In this document: positions 9,157 through 19,080 of the stretch, in pieces | Position numbering within the stretch: position 1 is the stretch's first letter | Layout of the letters: each line of letters starts with the position of its first letter | Source: an uncultured Candidatus Saccharibacteria bacterium | Lineage (GTDB): Bacteria > Patescibacteriota > Saccharimonadia > Saccharimonadales > JALRHH01 | Assembly: GCA_964639295.1 (NCBI GenBank) | Contig: CAZXDT010000001.1 | Location: 117,068 to 181,067, forward strand | Reading direction: 5' to 3' | DNA length: 64,000 nt | The notes under the pieces: generated by a model | The model's input: the letters and a program-made list of their open reading frames with translations, nothing else | Told to the model about the DNA's origin: nothing | The model's database searches: none | Translations under genes and position numbers: made by a program

Positions 9157-10638
9157 TTACTTCTTTTTGACGATAAGTTCAGTTCGGACGAGTGCTGATT
9201 TGGCACTGTCACCAGCCAGTGAAGGACTGTATGTAAACAGAGCGGTAAAGTCACGATCAAACATTGGAATGAAAGCCGGGTTCGCACTCACTAATGTCTG
9301 CTTGTTGAGTCCATCGAAGTCAAACACCTCCATTTTGCCCTTGCTCACAAACATCATACGATGGCCATCCATCCAGTTAACTTTCTGGCCTGGATCAAGA
9401 GGCAACCCAGTATCATAACGGTATTGTTGCTTGGTCTCCGCGTCGTATAGCTCGAACTTACTACCAGCCTGCACGGCCACAAAACGAGCATTAGCAGAGA
9501 AGGTTACGGAGTCTGGGTTATCTAATTTGAGAAGGAGTAACGGGATGTTGAGTGCCGTGTCACTTTTCTTAAGTGCGGTCAGTGGATTACGGTACAAGTA
9601 CACTTTACCATCTGCAGAGGAGCCTGTGGCGAGGTACATATCACCATCAAATTCAGCGATATTAAGTAGATATTTTGGGCCTGTGACGAGCTCGCGGACC
9701 AAGTAATCATTCGCCCCATCCTTAATATGAACATTTACTTTGCCAGATGCCGCACCCTTATCGGTGGTATACAGCACTGTGCCTTCTTTGTACGGCCAGA
9801 AAGCAAGTACTTGGTCAGCAACGGCTGTGGCAACCTTGTCTTTCAGCGTTACCGACTGGAGAATGCCCCCATTTACATCATGGGTGTAGAGTTGGTCAGC
9901 TTGCTTGTTACGTAAAGTAACCGAGGTAAAGTTCTTGCCAAGTAGCTGAGATATATTCGTGCTCTGTTCGGGATTCTCACGGTCGATCAGCAGATAGTCA
10001 TAACCACCTGTAAATGTATGTTTGAGGAGCACGTGTTTGTTGTCAGTTGACCATTCGGTGAATTCCAAGCCTTGAGTACCAGTGTGTGTGCCAAAGATGG
10101 CAGCAGGCACCGTAATAGGTACAGTTACGTTTTGCTTTGTACTTGTATCAATAATCTGGAACTTGGACAGATCATCCGGATAGTGAAGTACTATCCAGTG
10201 TCTATCCGGTGATTCCGTGACGACATCAGGTGTCGTAGCAAGTGCTGTTGTGATGTCTTTTGACTCAAGTGTGTTTGGGAACATGAACGGATAGACTAAT
10301 CGAACGATTCCACCACCCTCAACCGCAAAACTTCGTTTCCAGCTGCGGTAACCGTCACGTTGTAGCTCAACATTGTAGTTTCCGGCTTCTAGAACAAACC
10401 GACCATCGGTCTGGCCTTTATCTTGTCCATTTAATAGTATCTTTGCTGATTCAGGGTGAGCATCGACAAACACCAGTCCATTCTGAGTAACTTCACCAGT
10501 AGAACGGTTAATGCCGTAACCTAGTGCAGCAAACAGCAATAGTGTTGTGGCCAGAATAAGTGCAATACCAACCAATACATATCCGATCATCAACCGGATA
10601 GCATGGGCGCGTTTCTTCTTGGGATCAAGGAAATCCAT
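9157..10638 (-). CDS. membrane-anchored PEGA-domain protein with a beta-propeller-like C-terminal region
   Basis: N-terminal TM helix. PEGA-like segment VFVDAHPESAKILLNGQDKG...GNYNVELQRDGYRSWKRSF. Confidence 0.6.
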   Translation of the reverse strand: MDFLDPKKKRAHAIRLMIGYVLVGIALILATTLLLFAALGYGINRSTGEVTQNGLVFVDAHPESAKILLNGQDKGQTDGRFVLEAGNYNVELQRDGYRSWKRSFAVEGGGIVRLVYPFMFPNTLESKDITTALATTPDVVTESPDRHWIVLHYPDDLSKFQIIDTSTKQNVTVPITVPAAIFGTHTGTQGLEFTEWSTDNKHVLLKHTFTGGYDYLLIDRENPEQSTNISQLLGKNFTSVTLRNKQADQLYTHDVNGGILQSVTLKDKVATAVADQVLAFWPYKEGTVLYTTDKGAASGKVNVHIKDGANDYLVRELVTGPKYLLNIAEFDGDMYLATGSSADGKVYLYRNPLTALKKSDTALNIPLLLLKLDNPDSVTFSANARFVAVQAGSKFELYDAETKQQYRYDTGLPLDPGQKVNWMDGHRMMFVSKGKMEVFDFDGLNKQTLVSANPAFIPMFDRDFTALFTYSPSLAGDSAKSALVRTELIVKKK

Positions 10639-10786
10639 CTGGCAAATAGTATACCATCGTTGACTGAACTTGAGTTATTAAAATCCGTGCATAACAAAAG
10701 TACTCATTTTCTGTTGCAATAGTACATATTTACGGAGTACTATATGCATACCAGAGTAAACCGCTTAAGGTAGGGAAAAGCAAATA

Positions 10787-11866
10787 ATGACGAAAAACGT
10801 CATAGAACTGAACGGACAGAAGTACGACGCGCTGACGGGTAAAATGCTCGGATCTGTCGCTGCTCCTCAAAAACCAGTCAAAGCTAATGCAAGCGGTCCA
10901 AAGCACTTGGACGGCTTTACACGTCGCCCCAGCGCTGCCAAGACCACTCCTGTGGCTCATAAAGTTCACCACCAAACAGAGAAGTCCAAGACACTGATGC
11001 GTGCGGCAGTCAAAAAGCCCGCAGTACCCGCTAAAATTCACGCCAAAGCACCTGCCACCAGCTCTATTGCAAGTAAACCAGTGCATCAGACTGGTACCAG
11101 CCTTGGAGAAACCATCCGTCCCGGACGGGCAATTAGGGCAGTACATACGCAAAAGAGCAATCTTATTAGTAAGTTTGGTCAAGCTGCAGCCGCAATCAAG
11201 ACCGAAACATTACCCGTTAGGCCTGCTCCAGCAACGTTAAAGGCAGCAAAACTAGTTACCAAAACAGCCCCAGCTATTATCAACCACCCAGCGCAAACTC
11301 CAGTAATCGCCGATCCCTTCCAATCCGCCATAGAACAGGCAGTTAGTCACGAACAGCCAAAGATCAAAAAGACCAAAGTTCACCACCGCATTGCTAAGAA
11401 ACTTCATGTAAGCCCACGAATAGTCAATTTTGCTGCGGTTACGCTACTTGCACTTGGAGTTAGCGGATTTATTGCCTACCAGAATCTCCCTGAAATTGCC
11501 ATGCGTGTTGCAGCTACACGTGCAGGTTTGCACGCGAGTTTACCATCATACCAACCATCTGGTTTCGCTATGGCAGGCCCTATCAAATACCAGCCAGGCG
11601 AGGTGACACTTAACTACAAGTCTAACAGTGATGATCGTGGTTTCAACGTAGTCCAAAAGAATTCGTCCTGGAACAGCGAGACACTCCTAGAGAACTTCGT
11701 AACAGCAAGTAGCAAACCTTACCAAACATTCCAAGCCAACGGACGCACGATCTATATATATGATGGCAACAAAGCAACATGGGTAGATGGTGGCATCTGG
11801 TACAACATCGATGGCCAGTCTAACCTCAATAGCGACCAACTCCTCCGCATTGCCGGCAGCCTCTAG
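10787..11866 (+). CDS. hypothetical membrane-anchored protein
   Basis: 359 aa. Basic, low-complexity N-terminal half, a single TM helix (AAVTLLALGVSGFIAY) and a C-terminal globular domain. No motif recognised. Confidence 0.4.
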   Translation: MTKNVIELNGQKYDALTGKMLGSVAAPQKPVKANASGPKHLDGFTRRPSAAKTTPVAHKVHHQTEKSKTLMRAAVKKPAVPAKIHAKAPATSSIASKPVHQTGTSLGETIRPGRAIRAVHTQKSNLISKFGQAAAAIKTETLPVRPAPATLKAAKLVTKTAPAIINHPAQTPVIADPFQSAIEQAVSHEQPKIKKTKVHHRIAKKLHVSPRIVNFAAVTLLALGVSGFIAYQNLPEIAMRVAATRAGLHASLPSYQPSGFAMAGPIKYQPGEVTLNYKSNSDDRGFNVVQKNSSWNSETLLENFVTASSKPYQTFQANGRTIYIYDGNKATWVDGGIWYNIDGQSNLNSDQLLRIAGSL

Positions 11867-11954
11867 ATCATATTATTGCAACTAGTCAAAATTATTGGTA
11901 CCATAACAGCGTAACTTTTTGTTATTGCAGACGTTATGTGATTTCCCATGTACT

Positions 11955-12295
11955 GGAAGGCCGATGGTGCCACGAGCGAACTAACATCACCCCACGATGC
12001 GCTTGTGTTAACCCCCAGGCCATCGGCCTTCCGCCAACTGTTAGCGAAGCTCCTTCTCCCGGCAGGAGTAGAGTTAGCTAACAACAGGACCGACCGGCAG
12101 CTGTGTCTGTTCCTCTTCTCGAGGAGCTTCCTGTCAATCTGACACAGTGTGCTCAAGCAGCACTGCCGGTCGGTCCGTACTACCAGACTGAGATGAGCCC
12201 GAATGAAGCTTCCATAGTGTGGTTTCCCACACTAGGCACTTCGGTGACCATTGCTCCTCAGGAAGCTTCTGGTGCATCGGGCTCATCTCTCTGGT
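11955..12295. ncRNA. candidate large structured RNA of unknown class (strand undetermined)
   Basis: Perfect long-range stems: 11955-11967/12020-12032 (13 bp), 12087-12100/12163-12176 (14 bp) enclosing 12101-12107/12141-12147 (7 bp), and 12190-12202/12277-12289 (13 bp) enclosing 12205-12213/12261-12269 (9 bp). Only GC-artefact-looking ORFs overlap it. Confidence 0.4.
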
Positions 12296-12435
12296 CGAGA
12301 ATTATTGTTCGAGCTTTCGCTCCAATTCTTCTCCCAACCCACAATCACAAACGTCTGCTATCTTCCAGAATTCATAAACACTTATGACTTGTGAAAGATA
12401 CTTACAAACAGAGGTGTGCTAGACTATATCTGAAT

Positions 12436-13863
12436 ATGAAACCTGTCCGAACTCGTTTTGCACCATCACCAACCGGCTTTTTACATGTCGGAAACGTCCG
12501 TTCCGCACTGTTCCCATGGCTCGTCGCCAAACAAGCAGGCGGCAAGTTCATTTTGCGTATAGAAGACACTGACCAAGCCAGGGAAGTTGAAGGGGCTGTA
12601 GAAGTCTTGCACGAAACCTTGAACTGGATCGGCATCGATTGGGACGAAGGTCCTGACAAACAGGGTGAGTTTGGACCATACACTCAGAGTGAACGCCGTG
12701 ACATTTACCTTGCATGGGCACACAAACTTATCGCGTCTGGCCGTGCTTATGCTGACGTGCGCACCCCAGAAGAACTGACCGCACTCCGCGACCAGGCAAA
12801 AGCCGCTAAGAAGCCATTCCTGGCCCGCGAATTTCGTCCAGAAAATCCTCCTACATGGGAACCAGGCATGCCACTGCGATTCCTAAGCGAGCCAAAGGCC
12901 TATCAGTGGCATGATGCAGTAATGGGCGACCTCTCTGCAGGCGAGGAAGCTGTTGACGACTTCATTATCCTGAAGTCTGATGGGCTGCCTACCTACAACT
13001 TTGCACACATCGTCGATGATGCAGAAATGCAGATCACGCATGTTATCCGTGGCCTAGAATACATCGCTAGCGTACCTAAATACCTGAACTTATACGAAGC
13101 ACTTGGGGCTGAAGTACCTGTCCTAGCGCATGTGCCACATATCATGGCAGGTGATGGCAAGCGCAAACTCAGCAAACGTGATGGCGCAAAAAGCATCCTT
13201 GACTACCGTGACCAAGGATACACTCCTGAGGCAATGCTCAACTTCCTAGCATCTATGGGCTGGAATGATGGTACCGAACAAGAAATCTTTAGTAAGGAAG
13301 AGTTGGTTACTAAGTTTAACCTCGACCGCGTCCAACGTTCTGGCGCCAAGTTCGACGAACAGCGCCTGCAGTGGATGAACGGTAGCTGGATCCGCTCACT
13401 TGACACCAGTTCTATGTACACCCGTTGTCAAGATTTCTGGCCACCAGAGGCCAAAGATGCAACAGAGGACTACAAGATGCAAGTACTTGGCCTCGTCCAG
13501 GAACGCCTCAAGTACTTTGCTGAGCTCCCAGAACTTACTGCATTCTTTTTCCAAGATCTTCCGATCAACCCAGAACTTATCAGTGGCAACAAACAGCTCA
13601 GCAAGCTCGAACAATCAGATATTAAGAGCTATCTGGAGCAAGCAAAATCTATCTTAGAACAGAGTGATTTCACTGCAGAAGAGTTAACCAAAGAATTGAA
13701 CGAGTTATTAGAATCAACTGGTCAAAAGCCTGGCATTTTGTTTAGCCTTATCCGCATAGCAACAACTCAAGCCCCATTCAGCCCAGCCCTTGCTGATACA
13801 TTGGCGGTACTGGGCAAAGAAACCACCCTCCGCCGCCTCAACGCCCAACTAATCACCCTATAA
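12436..13863 (+). CDS. gltX: glutamate--tRNA ligase
   Basis: PSPTGFLHVGN (HIGH variant) and KLSKR (KMSKS variant). Start set at MKPVRTRFAPSPTG. Confidence 0.93.
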   Translation: MKPVRTRFAPSPTGFLHVGNVRSALFPWLVAKQAGGKFILRIEDTDQAREVEGAVEVLHETLNWIGIDWDEGPDKQGEFGPYTQSERRDIYLAWAHKLIASGRAYADVRTPEELTALRDQAKAAKKPFLAREFRPENPPTWEPGMPLRFLSEPKAYQWHDAVMGDLSAGEEAVDDFIILKSDGLPTYNFAHIVDDAEMQITHVIRGLEYIASVPKYLNLYEALGAEVPVLAHVPHIMAGDGKRKLSKRDGAKSILDYRDQGYTPEAMLNFLASMGWNDGTEQEIFSKEELVTKFNLDRVQRSGAKFDEQRLQWMNGSWIRSLDTSSMYTRCQDFWPPEAKDATEDYKMQVLGLVQERLKYFAELPELTAFFFQDLPINPELISGNKQLSKLEQSDIKSYLEQAKSILEQSDFTAEELTKELNELLESTGQKPGILFSLIRIATTQAPFSPALADTLAVLGKETTLRRLNAQLITL

Positions 13864-13928
13864 CTAGGCATTGGTTGTTTAATGACCGTTATATGGTAGA
13901 ATAGTCATTAACTATCAAGGAGTTACTC

Positions 13929-14282
13929 ATGTACGAAGCTGAATACAACAGCCGCAAAAGCGACCATGCCGATTTACTAAGCAACACACCAGTCAACCCA
14001 GCTTACTTACTCAGATCTTTGGGTGAAGTATCAGCAGCGGGTGAGACTGCTGCTACATCGGATGATGACGAGATCGGCACAATACGCTACGCTAATGAGA
14101 TGTACCAGCTATACAGTGGCGCACTTGCGCTCAATAACAGCGGACTTGTACAGCCGCCTCTATCTGAACTCCAGATCCATGGCATCAATCAAGAGATCGA
14201 ACGGTTATCCGTATTCACCCAAGGTAACGAAGAGACCGGTCCAACAAACGTCGCCGATCGACCTACGTCTGCAAAGAAATAG
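13929..14282 (+). CDS. hypothetical protein
   Basis: 117-aa ORF preceded by AAGGAG. No motif recognised. Confidence 0.35.
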   Translation: MYEAEYNSRKSDHADLLSNTPVNPAYLLRSLGEVSAAGETAATSDDDEIGTIRYANEMYQLYSGALALNNSGLVQPPLSELQIHGINQEIERLSVFTQGNEETGPTNVADRPTSAKK

Positions 14283-14293
14283 GATCATGAACC

Positions 14294-16489
14294 GTGAGTA
14301 GAATGCCAGAGTTACACACGGTTGAAACATATCCCATAACGAGTATTAAAGAACAGGCCGTGGCATGGGAGATTCCCGAATGTCCTTTGAGTGCTGATGC
14401 ACGTAAGCTGCTACTTACCGAATGCCCGGTAGTGGTTGATATGAACCATGTAACAACTATCCCTCGGCTAGAAGCAGACGAGCCATTATCTTTTACCGAA
14501 GCTCGAACCGTAGAAGGCTATGACCCCACTACAGTAACTCTCCATCAACCATCAAATGCCCACCAGCGCTCATTTGAACTTCACGGCGAGGCGTTCTCAA
14601 AGCCATGGCACGACGAACATGGTAATCGGTATGGTGCGTTTACGCTGAAGGGGAACAACTTTGCCAATCCTGGTGTTATGAGGCATCCAACAGCAGTTAA
14701 TGAGTTCATTGCGTGGGGGCTCCAAGAAAGCAAAATTATTGAGCGAGTACTCAAAGCGTCTGAAGTACTTCGTGAAAGAAACGTCAGCACTGAATACATC
14801 GTTGGTCTTGCAGAACCTCAAGCCTACCCATATGCCCAGCTTGGATACAGTACCACTGCATATGATTTACTGCCGCTTGCTGAATATAGACGACGTATAG
14901 TTGACAGTTATTGGAAGAGTTTGCCTAAGCCAGAGCAGTCATTTGACAAGCTCGTGGATATGCAAGGCAAATTCAACGACATGACATTCTACATTTCTAT
15001 GCGTGCTACTGACAGTGCGTATCGATTTGATGACCTGACCGCGGGCCACAAAACACGACGCCAAGAAGTATATGATGAGATTAATAAACAGTGGTTGCTC
15101 CCTGATGAAGAGCCATTATCTGCCGAAAAGCGCGAGGACTGGGCACGCTATATACAAAAATACCTCGCACGACCCTTTGGAGATAACCTAGCGCGGTTGC
15201 ATGTTGATCTAGCGCATGACTTTTTGCATGGGCTCAATATTACTGCACTTGGAGGCATAGTTGACTTAGATAGTGTGCACGGCGAGCCACTTGGATTTGG
15301 GGATGAGCCAATCGATAATGTCGATAGAGCAAAAGATTTCTTGCAAGCTGCAAAGGCTTTATTTACCGCTAGTCCTCTGGAGCAAGATGTCAAAATTACG
15401 CGTGATACTGTTTGGGAATTTGCCGTAAGTTATTTTGGCGAAACAAACCTTATAATGGATGATCCTGAAGCCAGTCGGTATCGGATTGCGAGTATTATTA
15501 CTAACGCTGAGGTAATGGCGGGCAATATCACAACTGATGACAAACTTATATATCAGGCTATTTGCGCGACATTTAGGGAAGCCTACAGAGACATGTATTT
15601 AAAATACGATGATGAGTTTAAAACACAAGATGCGGCTTTTCAAGACTTCATTGACATCTATAAAGTTAATCCAGATGATTTGAGCGATTATGCCCCGCTT
15701 ATGAATGACGACTTCTTGTCAAAAATCTCTGTAGAATTCATAAGCGAAAATATAGATACTATTCAAAATCGTTTCTTCGACGCTTTCAAATATATCTACC
15801 GGTGTAAAAATCCGATTACCGACGGTATTACTAGCGAAGTCAAACAACATTTAAAGGCTACTTTCTACAAAGAATGGGAAACCCTTGCCGAGCAGCACAT
15901 GCCTAAAATGCTGAGAGGTCTGGATAATGAGGCGTTGGAAACCACTTACCATGCACACTGTGATACATACGAACGCAAGTTTGACAAACTAGCTACCTAT
16001 ATTGCGACAAACCTTGTGTCAGAATATTGGGACACAATCACTGAACTCATTGAACCGGAATATGCTATACCTGCTCTTAAGGGTGACACGGACTATAACA
16101 CTCACGACACCGGTAAGCAGGTGTGGGCTATGACACGTGACGTATCTGTATATGCAGCACTACCGTATCTTGAAAAAATGACGCCACTTGAAAATGTCCA
16201 AGCACACACTATTACCTTTAATAAAGATATACCCGCTGGTTTTATAGAAATACAGGACGGCAAGAGTATATATGAAGTTATCACTAACACATCTGTAGGT
16301 TCATATATATATGAGGATAAACACCTCCGCTTAGATGTTGAAGGGATACCCTCTGATGAGCCAGCCTATGCACTCATCATCAGACAAGACGACAGTATGA
16401 AACGCTATGAGCTCCATATGTTACGCGATCAACGGGCAGCCATATATGACACAGCAAATGATGGCATGCTCTTTGGCGAAGATTATTAG
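14294..16489 (+). CDS. large hypothetical protein (731 aa)
   Basis: Long uninterrupted ORF with ordinary composition. No motif recognised. The start could be the ATG at 14303. Confidence 0.5.
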   Translation: MSRMPELHTVETYPITSIKEQAVAWEIPECPLSADARKLLLTECPVVVDMNHVTTIPRLEADEPLSFTEARTVEGYDPTTVTLHQPSNAHQRSFELHGEAFSKPWHDEHGNRYGAFTLKGNNFANPGVMRHPTAVNEFIAWGLQESKIIERVLKASEVLRERNVSTEYIVGLAEPQAYPYAQLGYSTTAYDLLPLAEYRRRIVDSYWKSLPKPEQSFDKLVDMQGKFNDMTFYISMRATDSAYRFDDLTAGHKTRRQEVYDEINKQWLLPDEEPLSAEKREDWARYIQKYLARPFGDNLARLHVDLAHDFLHGLNITALGGIVDLDSVHGEPLGFGDEPIDNVDRAKDFLQAAKALFTASPLEQDVKITRDTVWEFAVSYFGETNLIMDDPEASRYRIASIITNAEVMAGNITTDDKLIYQAICATFREAYRDMYLKYDDEFKTQDAAFQDFIDIYKVNPDDLSDYAPLMNDDFLSKISVEFISENIDTIQNRFFDAFKYIYRCKNPITDGITSEVKQHLKATFYKEWETLAEQHMPKMLRGLDNEALETTYHAHCDTYERKFDKLATYIATNLVSEYWDTITELIEPEYAIPALKGDTDYNTHDTGKQVWAMTRDVSVYAALPYLEKMTPLENVQAHTITFNKDIPAGFIEIQDGKSIYEVITNTSVGSYIYEDKHLRLDVEGIPSDEPAYALIIRQDDSMKRYELHMLRDQRAAIYDTANDGMLFGEDY

Positions 16490-19020
16490 CGGATTTTGAG
16501 TTCGGTAGGGTCTGATTGTGGTGGCTGGCCACCGTCTGATGGCTTCTTGCGGCGGGAGCGAGTTCTTTTGCGCTTTGGTTTAGGCTGATCATCACCAACC
16601 GTTGGTACTTGTGATGGACGGGCAGTCTGCTCAGCAAGTGTTTCTGGCACAACGGTAGTTACATCTTCTACGTTTTTAAAGACCTGTTTAGGAAGTTTGA
16701 CTGTGGGGTGAGGTTTAGGCTGCTTAGGTTGGTGCTGTTTGGCAGCCGGAGCCTCGTACCGTTCATGCATGAACGTTTCTATTTTGTCACGGGCAACGGC
16801 GTAATTTTGGCGGCTATTAGCCACAATGTAGCTGCTAAAGTCTGGCGGTTCTGGCGGGATAGCCATAGTTGTTGCACTAAAGGCCTGCGCCTTTTCACCA
16901 GCAATAGTCATACTGACGACAAAATGGCGGTTGTGCATATGGACCATATCGGACTCCTCGAACTTGGGCTCAAAATATTTGAGCATTACCCGAGCATCAT
17001 CGGCGCTTGTACGGAACGACACAATGGACCCGACGTTACCAAACACCGCATCTTTGACCTCCATGGACATCTGTGCGATGTATTGGTTCGCAACAGTCAG
17101 GTTAAGGGCATATTTACGGGCTTCTGATAGAATCACAGCAAACGAATCTGTGGCAAAGTTCTGGAACTCATCCACGTATAGATAGAAGGGAATGCGGTCG
17201 GCCTGAGGCACATCAGCCCGCGACATAGCACCCATCTGTATCTTTGTGACCAACAATGAACCAAGTAGGCTAGCGTTGTCTTCGCCAATTAACCCCCGTG
17301 ACAAGTTAACAATCAGGATTTTACGGTTATCCATGATCTCACGGATATTGAAGCTGCTCTTTGGCTGGCCAATGATGTTGCGCACAATTGGGTTGGCGGT
17401 GAAGGCACCAACTTTGTTCAGTACAGGCGCTACTGCTTCTGCTGCAAACTTGTCATTCCAGCTGGCAAACTCAACATTCCAGAAGTTCTTAACCACAGGG
17501 TCCTCGACATAACTAAGGACTTCTTCGCGGAACTTTTTCTCTGTCAAAATACGTGTAATATCCAGCATGGTTGCACCAGGGTAATCCAAAAGCGCCAAAA
17601 GACTGTAGCGAAGGATATATTCCAAACGTGGGCCCCATGATTCGAACATACGCTTAAGTACTCCGATCAGTTCTGAACAGGTGTGTGTCTTAAGCGTAGC
17701 GTCAGTAACCTCCATGGGGTTGAAAGCAATAGGGAAGTCCACGTCAGCTGGGTTGAAGTACACTACATCTTTCATACGATGTTCAGGGATACGCTTTAAG
17801 ATGCTCAAGGCATAATCACCATGTGGATCAATCACCGCAAACCCATATGGGCTGTAGATATCAGAGATAGTAAGAAGCTCAAGCATACCCGACTTACCAA
17901 CACCGGTCTGCCCAATGATGTACATGTGACGGCTACGATCAACGCGGGGCATACCAAACATCGTGTTGTGCCCACGGAAATTGGTGATAGCGATGGGGCT
18001 GACCTCATGCATATTCTGCTGCGTGGCAATAGGTAGGGTTGCAGGCGGTTCGGCTGTCTTGGCAATAGCCCAGAGAATATTTGGTGTCTCTACGTTAGTG
18101 TGGGGCAGGTGATAGAGACTAGCGACTTCTTCAATGTTTAGTACAAAGCCGCGCTTTCCCATTGCGCGGTTACGATAGAGCTGTACGTCGTAATCGCTAG
18201 TAGTAAATGTCTTCTGTGCAAAGCCGTTAAGATAGGTAGTGTTGAACTGTTTGAAGCTGGCGGTGATAGCCTGCATACGCATGCGCGCCTGTGGTGCAGC
18301 AATACCTCTATACACAATGCGCACAACGACTTCATATGCCAGCTTATGGGATTTTTCCTCTGCAGCATTAGCCCGAGCAGACTCATGCTCCGCAAGTTTA
18401 GGGGCGGTCGTGTTTGTCTCTGGTGGCGCCCATAAAGCACTGAGCATACCAGTGGTACTTGTCTTGCCACCACGAATCTTGCCGGCGTAGGCTTCGCTCT
18501 TTTTATACCAATTGTCTTCTGCAGGACGGACGATAACTTGCATCCAAGCTTCTTCGTTGGCATCAAACTGGGCAAGAGTAGCCGTGATGGCAGCCAGGGG
18601 GTCTACCTCAAAACTTGGGAAGGTCTTAACCGGCAGAGCCTCATGAGCGGTTAACTTGAGTTCCGTACTAAGAGACACGCCTGCACTATTTACATTCGTA
18701 ATTGTGTAGTCAGGTACCTCACTAATATGCACGGTGGGGTACTGGGCGTAAATCTGCTCTTCTACAAAGCTCTTGAGGTAGTTAGGCACCCATACATAGA
18801 AGCCAATTCGCTTGGCCTTAACCGCAATCTCAAAACTCAGACGTTCACGAATATTCTTAGAGCCCAGGAAGGTAGCATGACTACTAAGTAGTAGCCCATG
18901 AAGACTCGCCAACATCTGTTCGGCTGCGAGCTCCTTTTTCTCGTTGGTACGGGGGACCTGTAGTAGTAGAACAGCGCCGTCTACTTCGAGCTCTTGCGAC
19001 TGTTTTTTAGGAAAAAGCAT
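16486..19020 (-). CDS. TraD/VirD4-like (type IV coupling protein / DUF87-like) P-loop ATPase with a basic C-terminal tail
   Basis: Walker A GQTGVGKSG, Walker B-like FYLYVDEFQNF and ARKYALNLTVANQYIAQM, typical of TraG/TraD-type ATPases. The tail is KPKRKRTRSRRKKP. Start set at MLFPKKQ. Confidence 0.7.
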   Translation of the reverse strand: MLFPKKQSQELEVDGAVLLLQVPRTNEKKELAAEQMLASLHGLLLSSHATFLGSKNIRERLSFEIAVKAKRIGFYVWVPNYLKSFVEEQIYAQYPTVHISEVPDYTITNVNSAGVSLSTELKLTAHEALPVKTFPSFEVDPLAAITATLAQFDANEEAWMQVIVRPAEDNWYKKSEAYAGKIRGGKTSTTGMLSALWAPPETNTTAPKLAEHESARANAAEEKSHKLAYEVVVRIVYRGIAAPQARMRMQAITASFKQFNTTYLNGFAQKTFTTSDYDVQLYRNRAMGKRGFVLNIEEVASLYHLPHTNVETPNILWAIAKTAEPPATLPIATQQNMHEVSPIAITNFRGHNTMFGMPRVDRSRHMYIIGQTGVGKSGMLELLTISDIYSPYGFAVIDPHGDYALSILKRIPEHRMKDVVYFNPADVDFPIAFNPMEVTDATLKTHTCSELIGVLKRMFESWGPRLEYILRYSLLALLDYPGATMLDITRILTEKKFREEVLSYVEDPVVKNFWNVEFASWNDKFAAEAVAPVLNKVGAFTANPIVRNIIGQPKSSFNIREIMDNRKILIVNLSRGLIGEDNASLLGSLLVTKIQMGAMSRADVPQADRIPFYLYVDEFQNFATDSFAVILSEARKYALNLTVANQYIAQMSMEVKDAVFGNVGSIVSFRTSADDARVMLKYFEPKFEESDMVHMHNRHFVVSMTIAGEKAQAFSATTMAIPPEPPDFSSYIVANSRQNYAVARDKIETFMHERYEAPAAKQHQPKQPKPHPTVKLPKQVFKNVEDVTTVVPETLAEQTARPSQVPTVGDDQPKPKRKRTRSRRKKPSDGGQPPQSDPTELKIR

Positions 19021-19080
19021 TACCAATGAATTATACGACGAGACAGAGGTAAACCACAATTAAAAGCAAAAGCTTTATTT

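Noticed and set aside
11963-11974. GATGGTGCCACG resembles the T-box core (GGTGGTACCGCG) upstream of gltX.
   Set aside because: It matches only 9 of 12 positions and lies about 460 nt from the start codon, at the 5' edge of the structured region. There is no terminator/antiterminator or SD-sequestering helix next to gltX, and no clear specifier loop.
15102-15108. CTGATGA hammerhead core string inside the 731-aa ORF. A second occurrence is at 16353-16359, and reverse-strand occurrences lie near 23612, 28187, 42835 and 59232.
   Set aside because: None is followed by a stem II hairpin plus GAAA, and none has the flanking stem I/III complementarity. All but one lie inside well-supported coding sequence.
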